IMG/VR virus record: IMGVR_UViG_3300025786_000100
Reading direction: 5' to 3' (one strand)
Length of the DNA stretch: 64,000 bases
Source: an uncultured virus (IMG/VR IMGVR_UViG_3300025786_000100)
Taxonomy: Duplodnaviria; Heunggongvirae; Uroviricota; Caudoviricetes
Below are positions 36,254-45,153 of the stretch, one piece after another. Numbering within the stretch: position 1 is the stretch's first letter; every line of letters starts with the position of its first letter. The notes beneath the pieces are model-generated. The model saw nothing but the letters and a program-made list of their open reading frames with translations. It searched no databases and was not told the DNA's origin. The translations under genes were made by a program, and so were the position numbers.

Positions 36254-38182
36254 TCATTTTAAAGAAAAATTCGAGACCAGCAACTCATACTTCCTCCGAT
36301 TCCCAAGCTGGTGCGTCCCCGTATGGACCGTCTTGATGCGGGTCCTCCGGAAGTCCTTGAAGGCCGCGGCCTTCTCCAACTCGTAGCTCAGGATGAACCG
36401 CCCCTTGAGCCCCTTCAGCACCCGGACGAGTTCCGCGTCGTCGAACCACTTGCCAGCCAGAGGTCCCTTCTCTTTCGGCCAGTGGCTCGGGTAGGGCGGG
36501 TCGATGAAAAATAGCGTGTCGGGCGCGTCGTAGCGCGCGACGACCTGCTTCCAGTCCTCGTTGTGCATGCGTACCTTTGCGAGCCGCTCGCGGACCTTCG
36601 GCAGCGCGTCGAGCCCGCCGATCGTCGCGCCCACGCGATGCGGCGAGGTCGGCGAGCGGCGCAGCCCCTCCCGGACATAGGTTCGGCCCCAGTAGTGGGC
36701 CTTGTTGAGAAAGGCGAAGCGGTAGAAGCGCTCGCGCGGCGTTCGGGGCTTGAGCTCGAAGAGATCTCGCGCCCGCTTCTCCGAGATCACCCAGCTCTGG
36801 CTTTTAAGCCACGCCAGGTCCGCGTCCGTCATGCGCTTGACGAAGCGGTAGGCGAAGATGAGGTCCGCGTTCACGTCGTTTAGCGCCTCGACCTCCGAGG
36901 GCGCCTTGTGGAAGAGGACATGCCCGGCCCCGGCGAAGGGCTCGACGTAGGCCTTATGCTCTGGCAGAAGCTCGATGATCTTGCGGGCCATCATGCGCTT
37001 GCCGCCCGGGCTCACAAACGGCGAGTTGATTTTCTCTAGGTCGTCGATATCATCGAGGAAGGGCAGGTCGGAGGCCGTCGCCTCGTCTCCCTCGGGCGTG
37101 GCCGTCAACTGCTTCTCGATGTAGAGATGAAGCGACTCAAGCGGGAAGTTCGAGACCATGAGCTCGGTAATCCACTCCTGGTTGCCGCCAGGACCCCGCA
37201 TCTGGTTGCGGCGCTTGACCCGGTAGACGTGATAGCCTTTGAAGACCTTGGCGCGCTCCGCGGTGTAGGAGACGATCCACTTCGCCTTAAGGCCCTTGAT
37301 CGCCCTGAGAAACTGCTCTTCCTTGAAGCCGAAGTCGTGGAGGTTGTAGGTGCCCGGATAGGGCGGGTCCATGTAGAAGAACGTCTCGGGCCCGTCGTAC
37401 TTCTTGAGGATCGCCAGGTAGTCTTTGTTATGGACGGCGACGTTCTTGAGCCGGGCCTGTGCGCCCGTGATGTTGCGCTCGAAGTCGATGCGCACGCCCT
37501 CGTTGGCCGGGTTAAACGAGCCGCCGCGCTGCTTGCCATAAGACGAGCGGGTGAGATAGAAGGACTTGTAGAAGCGGTCCCTGTCCGTCGTCGGCTCCAG
37601 TTTCTTGAGCCGCTCGTGCGTAGACTTGCGGATGATCCAGTCGCGCTGGGCCAGAGCGCGGCGGTCCTCGGCCGTGTGGTCGCGGATGAAGCGGTACATG
37701 AACGGGATCTCCGCGTCCCGGTCGTTGAGGACTTCCCTGGGCGAGGGGTCTTTACGCCAGAACACGGCCCCGCCGCCGGCGAAGGGCTCGACGTAGGTCC
37801 GGTGATAGGGGATGTGCGAGCAGATGCGGCCCGCGAGGCCCTTCTTTCCCGCATAGGAGCCGAAGGCCTGCCGGACACCCTTTTCTGTCTCGTCCTCTCC
37901 CCGGCTCAGCAGCGGCGCGGTCTTCGCGTCCAGCTCATCGCTGACGGGATGGCGGAACGCTCGTTCGGACATCTCCTTCTTGGCCAGGGCGTGGCGCGCG
38001 ATCAACTCCTCGAAGCTGTAGGACTTGTCGCCCAGGTTAACGAGCCCGCCTTCGCGCTTGACCTGCCAGGCGCGGTGCAGGATGAAGTCCAGGGCGAGCA
38101 GTTCCTGGTCGTCGAGGTCAGCCGGGGACCTGCGGAAGATGTTGCCGAAGTCGGCGAGGTCGAGTTTTATCAGAGTTTCCAT
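36254..38182 (-). CDS. Tandem Dam/D12-class N6-adenine methyltransferase with N-terminal helical domain
   Basis: Two copies of YVEPFAG.G and two DPPY motifs. Confidence 0.9.
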   Translation of the reverse strand: METLIKLDLADFGNIFRRSPADLDDQELLALDFILHRAWQVKREGGLVNLGDKSYSFEELIARHALAKKEMSERAFRHPVSDELDAKTAPLLSRGEDETEKGVRQAFGSYAGKKGLAGRICSHIPYHRTYVEPFAGGGAVFWRKDPSPREVLNDRDAEIPFMYRFIRDHTAEDRRALAQRDWIIRKSTHERLKKLEPTTDRDRFYKSFYLTRSSYGKQRGGSFNPANEGVRIDFERNITGAQARLKNVAVHNKDYLAILKKYDGPETFFYMDPPYPGTYNLHDFGFKEEQFLRAIKGLKAKWIVSYTAERAKVFKGYHVYRVKRRNQMRGPGGNQEWITELMVSNFPLESLHLYIEKQLTATPEGDEATASDLPFLDDIDDLEKINSPFVSPGGKRMMARKIIELLPEHKAYVEPFAGAGHVLFHKAPSEVEALNDVNADLIFAYRFVKRMTDADLAWLKSQSWVISEKRARDLFELKPRTPRERFYRFAFLNKAHYWGRTYVREGLRRSPTSPHRVGATIGGLDALPKVRERLAKVRMHNEDWKQVVARYDAPDTLFFIDPPYPSHWPKEKGPLAGKWFDDAELVRVLKGLKGRFILSYELEKAAAFKDFRRTRIKTVHTGTHQLGNRRKYELLVSNFSLK

Positions 38183-38226
38183 GTTTTTACCTGTCGAAGA
38201 TGCTTTTGCTATACTGCCTTTCGACT

Positions 38227-38736
38227 ATGAAATCCTTAGTTCTTCCGGATGGAGTTGAGCAGCGTATCTATCTCCTGCGTGGTCATAGGGTCATGCTGGA
38301 CCGGGATTTAGCGGTCTTGTACGGCGTTAAAGCCATTGCCTTAAGGCAACAGATCAAGCGAAATCGTGAACGTTTTCCATCCGATTTTATGTTCCAGCTT
38401 TCCAAGAAAGAAGCCGATCTCTTGGTATCACAGAATGTGATACCTTCCAAACGCAGCCTCGGCGGGTTTCTACCGTATGCGTTTACCCAGGAGGGTGTCT
38501 CGATGCTCTCCAGCGTGCTTCGCAGCACGCGAGCGGTACAGGCCAACATCGCCATCATGAGGGCCTTCGTCAAGCTCCGAGAAATGCTGGCCTCCCACAA
38601 AGACCTGGCGCGTCGACTGGACGCGCTGGAAAGTAAGTACGATGCGAAATTCCGAGTGGTATTCGATGCCATCCGAGAGCTGATGGAACCGCCCGACCCG
38701 CCGCGCAAGTCGATCGGCTTCCAGCCGAAATCATAA
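38227..38736 (+). CDS. ORF6N domain DNA-binding protein
   Basis: IYLLRGHRVMLDRDLA.LYGV..KRN..RFP.DFMFQL..PYAFT. Confidence 0.9.
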   Translation: MKSLVLPDGVEQRIYLLRGHRVMLDRDLAVLYGVKAIALRQQIKRNRERFPSDFMFQLSKKEADLLVSQNVIPSKRSLGGFLPYAFTQEGVSMLSSVLRSTRAVQANIAIMRAFVKLREMLASHKDLARRLDALESKYDAKFRVVFDAIRELMEPPDPPRKSIGFQPKS

Positions 38737-38761
38737 GCGCCGCCTCGCCATCCCGCGCTGC

Positions 38762-41700
38762 TCACGATTCCCCTACGATCCACGTGCAGCGGCAGTTATG
38801 GGCCACGAACCCCCGGGCGATGTAGCTCTCGTCCTCCTCGACCTCCAGGTTGTAGACGCGTAGGGCTCTCTTCGGCTGGAAGCTTTCCACCTCCACAAGA
38901 CGGACCTCCATCGTCCGGTACTCGTGCAGATCGTTATAGAGCAGACGATCGGTCACCCGCTCCATCTGCGCGTGGCAGCGAGGGCACAGCGTCGTCAGCC
39001 ATTGGGCCTCGTTGACCGGTTTGACGCGGAAGGGAATGAGGTGGTGGACCTGGAGGGGCGCGCCCAAAGACCGCGCCGACTCGTCCTCCGCTATGCCGCA
39101 CGTCGTGCAGCGGAAACCGTCGCGCTCCTTGACCGCCCGGCAGGTCTTGGCCCAATCCTTGCCTCGATACTTTACCTTGCCTCCTCGCCACAGATGATGA
39201 AGCGGCCCCTTGCGGCCGTACATCCAGTTCTTGGCTCCCAGCTTCGCCTGCCGCACCTTCTCCCTCGCTTCGGGCGTCATCGCCTCCGAGCGGTCATGGG
39301 TCTCCCAATAGCGGCGCAGATGCTCCGGGAATATCCCCAAGGCGACCATTCTGCGGACGGCGGCGTGTGCCTTCTGGAGGATGGCCCGGCCATCGCGTGT
39401 TCCTTCGGCGTATTCGCGCAGCATCTGCGCCCGTGCCTTCTCAGACACCAGCCGCTTATGCTTGGGATCGCGCCATTCGGCGGTCGCCACGCAGCGTTTT
39501 GAACAGAAACTCCGCCAGTAGGGGATGGGTTTCTCGCATGCGCCGCAACGGTTGGCCAGCAGGAGCACCGCGTCGCCGGCTCGAAGCTCCCGCGCCTCTT
39601 TCCATTCGTCCTGCGACGTGAGGAACCTGTGATTGGGCGTGCAGGCCACATCGCCGCGCCAGTCCGAGCGGTGGTAGGCGAGGCGGATCATGGGGCCGTC
39701 GTACTCGTGGGTGAAGGTTCGCGCGACCTTGCGAAATCGAAGCCTATGGGTCAGCACCTTATCCCCGGCCAGGAGTTGGGATATCTTCTTCCAGCCTTCC
39801 GGCGTGAAGACGGGCACGTGAGCGGGGAAGCAGTTTGGATGCACGGGGATGACCGCCCGTGCCTCATCGAGCGTGAACTTCTTGCCGATCTTGGTCCCCG
39901 GCAAAGAGTCCGAGACCGCGCGGCAGGCCGGGCACGCGTCGCCCGCCAGGAGGAAGGTCACCTCCTCGACGTCGTTTTGCTCCAAGGCGTCGAGCGTGCC
40001 CAGGTTGTAGGCGCGGTTGGCCTCGGTGCGGGCGATGATCTCGGCCGAGTCCGCGCGCGACAGGGACCGGGTGTAGGGCCCCTGGAAAACCCGGCCACGG
40101 TCGTCGGTCGCGCCCTTGACCTGCACCGTGACGAAGTCCGAGAGCTTGGCCGCGATGCGGTCGCGGATCTGCGGGATGGTCTCATTTCGCGTCAGGCCCT
40201 CGACCAGCTCGCGCCGCAAGGAATCCTTGATGGACGTCGCGACGTTCGCGGCCACGACGATCGAGTTCTTGCGGATCAGCTCCTCGAGTTCGACGCTGAT
40301 CTCGTCCGGGGTCTCCACGCGAGAGCGCGCCGAAGAAACCTTGAGCCCCCTGCGGGCGAGTCTCAGGTTGAAGCGCTCCAGCAGTTCAGCCACCCGATCC
40401 TGGTCGATGGCCTCGAGCAGGACCTCCAGTTCGGGAAGAGCCTTCACCGCCTCGGGCGCGCGGTAGCCCACAAAGCGCATGATGCTGTGCGCCGCGACGT
40501 ATTCCTCGAACTTGGGGGCGATGGCCCGGAGCTTGTCGCCCAGATCCTGCATCTTGAGCTTGGGAAGCCGTTCCTCGATTCGGTTGGCGAAGCTCCCGAG
40601 CAACTGCTTAAGCGAGGTCAGGAAGCTGTTCTCCAGCTTGATGACCGCCTGCGTGGCGTTGGTGATCGTGTCCGAGCGGCCGCGCAGGGCCTTGAAGATT
40701 TCGTCGTCTTCGACGCCCATGGCTTTCCTGATCTGCGGCAGTCCGGCCAATACGATCGGGCGCACCTCCTCGGGGCGCAGGACGCCGTTGCTCAAGTAGA
40801 TGTTGAGGATATCCGCCTGCTGCTTCTCGTCGATGGTGCGCCGGTTGAACTCGAAGGCCCAGTCCGTGATGCCGAAGCCGTTGTTGATGATCTGCTGGGT
40901 GATCTTCTCGGCTACGCGGCGCTGGAAAGGGGCGACGGTCTCTTCATAGAAGTTCTGTCTCTGCGTGTCGCCAGTGCCAGCCCCGATGTTGCCCGTCTCG
41001 ATGATCGAGACCATGGCGGGCGGCACGCCATAGACGGCCAAAATCTCGTTTCTGGTGAATTCGCGTAGGCTCAGGAACTCCATGTCCTTCTGCGTCGTGC
41101 CGATTTGTTTGAACTCGACCGGGCCCTCCAGCACGAGGTCGGCCTGGGCCAGGTTCATGTCCTTGGCGCGGGCCTTGAGGAACTCGCGGTTGCGCTCCAC
41201 CTGCTCGGGCGTCGCGTCCTTCATCACGTAGGCCCCGCGTATCTTCGCGCCGTTCAAGAAAAAGGCCCTGTTGTATATCTGCGCGAACTTATCCACGGTC
41301 ACCGGCAAGATGAGAGAGGCCAAAGGCGAGAGCCCGTAGAGCGCCGAGCCCTTGGTCCCGAGCTTGTTGTGCATGACCTCGCGCGGCTCGAAGGCGACAT
41401 CGCTCTTGCCGCCAAGCGCTACCGCCGGCACCTGGACATAGCCCAGGATCAGGCCATGCGGGTCGATGCGCACCCGCATCGAGGGGGCGTCCAGCGTCCA
41501 CATCTCACGCGGCTTGCCGCCCAGTCCGCGGACCACCTCGGTGAAGGCGTTGCCGAACACGAACGAGTCGCGCGTGATGTCGTCTAGGATCTCCACGAAG
41601 GTGTCCTGCGGGTTCGGGTTGGCGAAGAACTCCCGCAGGGTCTCGGCGTTTTTGGGATCGGCGTCCGGGGAGAGCGGCCGCAGGCCCCAGCCCTTGGCCG

Positions 41701-42004
41701 TCACCGCCTTGGTGATGACGCCGACCACCGCGCGGACCCAGCTCGTCTGCTCGAACATCTGATCGAAGACGGTGAAGTCGATGGGCGGCAATATCCCATG
41801 CCGGTCAGACAACCCGAAGGTCGTATGGGGCTGCACGCCCTTGCCCTGCTTCTCGACCTCGCCGCGCAGCGCGCCCAAGAGGTCCTTGGCCGCTGCGGCC
41901 TCTTCGGCGCTTAAGCCCTGGACATGGTGGATGCCGCCGCCGCTCCCGGCCGTGATATCGGGCTCGCCGAAGAGGGCTTTGGCGATGCGCTCGCGGAGGC
42001 TCAT
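38762..42004 (-). CDS. Portal protein fused to MuF minor head domain, intein-containing
   Basis: Portal motifs FGNAF, YGLSPL, KDMEF, YGVPP; MuF motifs IARTE and HPN|CRC split by an intein. Confidence 0.9.
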   Translation of the reverse strand: MSLRERIAKALFGEPDITAGSGGGIHHVQGLSAEEAAAAKDLLGALRGEVEKQGKGVQPHTTFGLSDRHGILPPIDFTVFDQMFEQTSWVRAVVGVITKAVTAKGWGLRPLSPDADPKNAETLREFFANPNPQDTFVEILDDITRDSFVFGNAFTEVVRGLGGKPREMWTLDAPSMRVRIDPHGLILGYVQVPAVALGGKSDVAFEPREVMHNKLGTKGSALYGLSPLASLILPVTVDKFAQIYNRAFFLNGAKIRGAYVMKDATPEQVERNREFLKARAKDMNLAQADLVLEGPVEFKQIGTTQKDMEFLSLREFTRNEILAVYGVPPAMVSIIETGNIGAGTGDTQRQNFYEETVAPFQRRVAEKITQQIINNGFGITDWAFEFNRRTIDEKQQADILNIYLSNGVLRPEEVRPIVLAGLPQIRKAMGVEDDEIFKALRGRSDTITNATQAVIKLENSFLTSLKQLLGSFANRIEERLPKLKMQDLGDKLRAIAPKFEEYVAAHSIMRFVGYRAPEAVKALPELEVLLEAIDQDRVAELLERFNLRLARRGLKVSSARSRVETPDEISVELEELIRKNSIVVAANVATSIKDSLRRELVEGLTRNETIPQIRDRIAAKLSDFVTVQVKGATDDRGRVFQGPYTRSLSRADSAEIIARTEANRAYNLGTLDALEQNDVEEVTFLLAGDACPACRAVSDSLPGTKIGKKFTLDEARAVIPVHPNCFPAHVPVFTPEGWKKISQLLAGDKVLTHRLRFRKVARTFTHEYDGPMIRLAYHRSDWRGDVACTPNHRFLTSQDEWKEARELRAGDAVLLLANRCGACEKPIPYWRSFCSKRCVATAEWRDPKHKRLVSEKARAQMLREYAEGTRDGRAILQKAHAAVRRMVALGIFPEHLRRYWETHDRSEAMTPEAREKVRQAKLGAKNWMYGRKGPLHHLWRGGKVKYRGKDWAKTCRAVKERDGFRCTTCGIAEDESARSLGAPLQVHHLIPFRVKPVNEAQWLTTLCPRCHAQMERVTDRLLYNDLHEYRTMEVRLVEVESFQPKRALRVYNLEVEEDESYIARGFVAHNCRCTWIVGES
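38795..39832 (-). mobile_element. Intein (346 aa) with in-frame HNH endonuclease
   Basis: CFPAHV start; CTPNHRF block B; VYNLEVEEDESY..VAHN/C end; RDGFRCTTC..QVHH..N..LCPRCH. Confidence 0.92.
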
Positions 42005-42075
42005 GAGCCGGACACCACCGTTGGGCAAGTAGCAAGAATGGGAAATGATAAAATAGACATTCTCGGAGGGAAAAA

Positions 42076-42294
42076 ATGAGTTTCAACCGACTCTGTGCGT
42101 ACGACTTTTGCGAGGACAAGGAGATCGAGGGTAAGGGCGGCAATATCTTTGCGTGCAGCAAGTGCGGTGCCAAGAAGCCCATGCACAAAAATTGCGTTGA
42201 CATGCACATCCAGGAGAAGCATAACGGCAAGGCGTATCCAAAAGCTCTGCCCGATCTCGATCTTCCAGGGCCGATCGGTTTCAGCACTCGTTAG
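42076..42294 (+). CDS. Small Cys/His zinc-binding protein (antisense moron)
   Basis: GGAGG RBS; TGaTAAAAT extended -10 at 42046-42054. Confidence 0.6.
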   Translation: MSFNRLCAYDFCEDKEIEGKGGNIFACSKCGAKKPMHKNCVDMHIQEKHNGKAYPKALPDLDLPGPIGFSTR

Positions 42295-42308
42295 CGTAGC
42301 GTCTCCTT

Positions 42309-43670
42309 TCACAGGTCCTCCGCGAAGCTGATCCGAGGCTCCACGCGCTGCATCTCCACGCCCTGAAGCGCCAGCCACAGAGCATCCATGAGGTCCAAGG
42401 TGCCGTCCGGGAAGCCGAGGAGCTCTTCTTCCAACTGCTCGACCCAGGCCGCGTCGCTTCGGGGAAGCCGTATCGCCCCGACCTCGAAAAGCGGAGCCAG
42501 GCCGCGCAGCCGCGCGTGCTTATCGCCCTGCGTGTTGTGGGGCCGAAGCGGCAGGCGGCGGGTATCGGGGTCGGTGCGCAGGGACTCGGTGAAGGCGGCC
42601 TGGTAGGCATTGGCCTCCGGGACGATCAGCCGTGGGTGGTGATGGCGATGGATGCGCTTGGCCGCCTTCAGTTGCTCGTTAAACGGGATGCGGCCCTTGT
42701 AGCCGTCGATCACGCAGACATCGCCGGTCTTGAGGTCGACGCCGATCACCGCATAGGCGAAGTAGGCGTTGCGCGAGCGCTTGCCGATGGCGAGGTCGAT
42801 GCCCGCGAAGATGGTCAGGTCGTCGGGCTGCTTGTCGAAGCGCCCGGAATCCAGCCAGGCGGCCTTGAAATCCTGGCCCTCGACCGATTCGGGCGAACTG
42901 CGATAGATGCACTGGTAGTTGGCCGTGCCGAGCTGGGCGCGGATCGTGCGGAGCTTCTCGGGGGTGAACTTTTCGGGCAGGAGCGCGTGGGTCTCGCCCT
43001 GCGCGTCCTTCCAGTCGGCGGCCAGCTCGATGACCTTCCAGTCCGCATAGCCGGGGTCCTTCTTGATCTGGCCTGGCAGGTCGTCGCGGTTCCAGCGGGT
43101 CGAGACCACGATGATCTGGCCGTTATCCCCCAGGCGGGGCACCAGGTCGCGGCGGAACCAGTCCCAAATCTTGCGACGCTGCGTGGATGTCTGCGTGTTT
43201 CGGTTCGAGCAAGGGTCGTCTACGATGATGAGATTCGGGTGCTGCGAGACGAGCGTCCCCATGACCCCGACCGCCAGGATCGTGGGCTCCTTGCGGATGA
43301 CGGTGCGGGCGAGCTGGATTTTCTCCTCCGACCACTTGTCCGCGTCGATGTTCCAGTCGCCGTAGCGCTCGCGGAAGGCCTCGTTGTCGCGGATATGCCC
43401 CTTGATCTCGGCCAGGAAGCCCTTCGAGTTGTCGAGGATTTCGTTAACGATCATGATCCGCATGTCGCGGTCCTCGGTCAGCCGGAACAGCGGATAGGTG
43501 ATCGTGCAGCAGGTGGACTTAAGATGCCCCGGTGGCGCGATCAGCAGAAGCTTCTTGTGCTTGAGCAGATCGTCGAACCAGCCGAGGTGAAGGTCGGTGA
43601 ACTCATCGTATCCGAGGACGTACTTGCCCAGGTAGAAGCACTCGGTCAGCCGCCGGTCGTGCGTCTTCAT
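42309..43670 (-). CDS. terL: Terminase large subunit
   Basis: APPGHLKST, IIVDDP, STRW..DD, GIDLA, EANAYQ, FPDG..DLMDA. Confidence 0.92.
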   Translation of the reverse strand: MKTHDRRLTECFYLGKYVLGYDEFTDLHLGWFDDLLKHKKLLLIAPPGHLKSTCCTITYPLFRLTEDRDMRIMIVNEILDNSKGFLAEIKGHIRDNEAFRERYGDWNIDADKWSEEKIQLARTVIRKEPTILAVGVMGTLVSQHPNLIIVDDPCSNRNTQTSTQRRKIWDWFRRDLVPRLGDNGQIIVVSTRWNRDDLPGQIKKDPGYADWKVIELAADWKDAQGETHALLPEKFTPEKLRTIRAQLGTANYQCIYRSSPESVEGQDFKAAWLDSGRFDKQPDDLTIFAGIDLAIGKRSRNAYFAYAVIGVDLKTGDVCVIDGYKGRIPFNEQLKAAKRIHRHHHPRLIVPEANAYQAAFTESLRTDPDTRRLPLRPHNTQGDKHARLRGLAPLFEVGAIRLPRSDAAWVEQLEEELLGFPDGTLDLMDALWLALQGVEMQRVEPRISFAEDL

Positions 43671-43877
43671 GGGGCGGGCCGCCGGGTCCGGGCATTCAAA
43701 AAGAATTTTGAAGTGAAAATAAGGATAAAGCGGCAAAACGTTTTGAATAAAAAATATAGATACGAAACAGGTTTCACGTTCAAAACGCGACGCTGACAGG
43801 AGTGTGCGCGATCGGCGTCCTGATTTTTACGCAAAGCCCGCGCGAGCTGGTAGGAGTCGATTCCTCGTCGGGAGAAC

Positions 43878-43906
43878 ACTGCGCATAATGGACGATTATG
43901 TCTACT
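43878..43906. other. dif-like Xer recombination site
   Basis: ACTGCGCATAA-TGGACGA-TTATGTCTACT vs E. coli dif GGTGCGCATAA-TGTATA-TTATGTTAAAT. Confidence 0.6.
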
Positions 43907-44507
43907 CGGAAGTTGCTTCATTTGCTCCTTCCGCCGTCGGTTTCTCCGTCGGCACGTCGATCACCTCGCCGCTCGTCTGATCGCCTCGTTCACCTTCAGG
44001 GCGCGACCCGCGCTGGCTTGCGGACGCCTCCTTCTCTTCGCGATTGCGCGTGAAGCGCGCGACGATGACCTCCATCTCCTGAATGGCCTTATCCTGGTCG
44101 GCCTTGGGGATGAGTTCCTTTTGCTCGTTTGCGAGGCTTCCGCCGGAAGCCTTTTCGAGCCGCAACAGATGCGGGATCACCTTGTCGATGAAGTTCGTGC
44201 GCTGCTGCAAGAGCGCCGCGTCGGTTTCCTTCTTCGACTGTTTGAACTGAAAAATAACCGAGCTCCAACCTTCCCCGCAGACCGTATCGCGCGTCTTATC
44301 GTCTAAGCCGTCGACGGCGATCAGCGCCTTCTTGTCCTCAGGCCCGAGGTAGTTGTCGGCGTGGTCCATCCAATACTTGACCGAGTTGGCCCGCGTGCCG
44401 ATCTCTTCTGCGACCGAGCACATCGAAGCCCCGCCGCGGACCTTCTTGATCGCGTTGATGATTGTCTCGCGGGGATAGCGGCGTGAGCCGCCCTTGGGCT
44501 TATCCAT
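43902..44507 (-). CDS. HTH protein, probable terminase small subunit
   Basis: N-terminal HTH; directly upstream of terL. Confidence 0.6.
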   Translation of the reverse strand: MDKPKGGSRRYPRETIINAIKKVRGGASMCSVAEEIGTRANSVKYWMDHADNYLGPEDKKALIAVDGLDDKTRDTVCGEGWSSVIFQFKQSKKETDAALLQQRTNFIDKVIPHLLRLEKASGGSLANEQKELIPKADQDKAIQEMEVIVARFTRNREEKEASASQRGSRPEGERGDQTSGEVIDVPTEKPTAEGANEATSE

Positions 44508-44688
44508 TCGTCTGTTCCAACTCCTGCCAGGTCTTTTTCAACTCTCGCCGCTCCTTGCGCCGGTAGTCCCGCATGTACCTGCGACGCCGCTTCGGCCGGC
44601 AGTCTCGGCATATCTGCTGATTGGGCGAGAGCGCCTGAAAGCGTTTGTCGCAGTGGCGACAGCTTCTCATCGGATATAGAGTTCTCAT
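44500..44688 (-). CDS. Small zinc-finger protein
   Basis: CRHC...CRDC + basic helix; GGAGG RBS. Confidence 0.6.
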   Translation of the reverse strand: MRTLYPMRSCRHCDKRFQALSPNQQICRDCRPKRRRRYMRDYRRKERRELKKTWQELEQTNG

Positions 44689-44745
44689 GTTATAGTCGCG
44701 GCCTCCCTCCTAAGTCCATGCACAAGTCAAAATGTGAACAGCGTT

Positions 44746-45153
44746 TCATGCGCTTGCTCTCGTCGGAAAACGCGGGAACTTCACGATGATTTGCGTCCGC
44801 GCGTCATGCCACACTCCCATCACGCGCGGCAGAATGTATTTGTCGTTGGTGACGATGCCGCCGGCTTCCATCGCGTCGAAGAGGACCTTGCCGTAGTTGT
44901 GCGCGTCGCAGTTGGTCCGGGGCAGGATGAACCACAGGTCCAGCCGGCAGTAGGAGTCGATAGGCCGGAACTTCTTGAAGCGCGCCCAGAGCTTGAGCGC
45001 GAGGCCGACGGACCGGATGTAGTCCCTGGCCTCGGCGGTCAGGATGTCCCGGCACAGGCGGCCCATCCGGACGGGGCGCATCCTGGCGTTGGTCGAGGGG
45101 CAAAGCGGCAGGAAGAGCAGCACCCCGTCGGAAAGCCGCTGCGAGGCGATCAT
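44746..45153 (-). CDS. rusA: RusA-like Holliday junction resolvase
   Basis: PSTN...DAHNYGKVLFDAM..G...ND. Confidence 0.75.
   Translation of the reverse strand: MIASQRLSDGVLLFLPLCPSTNARMRPVRMGRLCRDILTAEARDYIRSVGLALKLWARFKKFRPIDSYCRLDLWFILPRTNCDAHNYGKVLFDAMEAGGIVTNDKYILPRVMGVWHDARTQIIVKFPRFPTRASA

Noticed and set aside
20630..41068. Long plus-strand ORFs (e.g. 20630-22273, 27415-29574, 31870-33621, 37127-38230, 39629-41068)
   Set aside because: Antisense shadows of high-GC structural genes, with no motifs or convincing RBS
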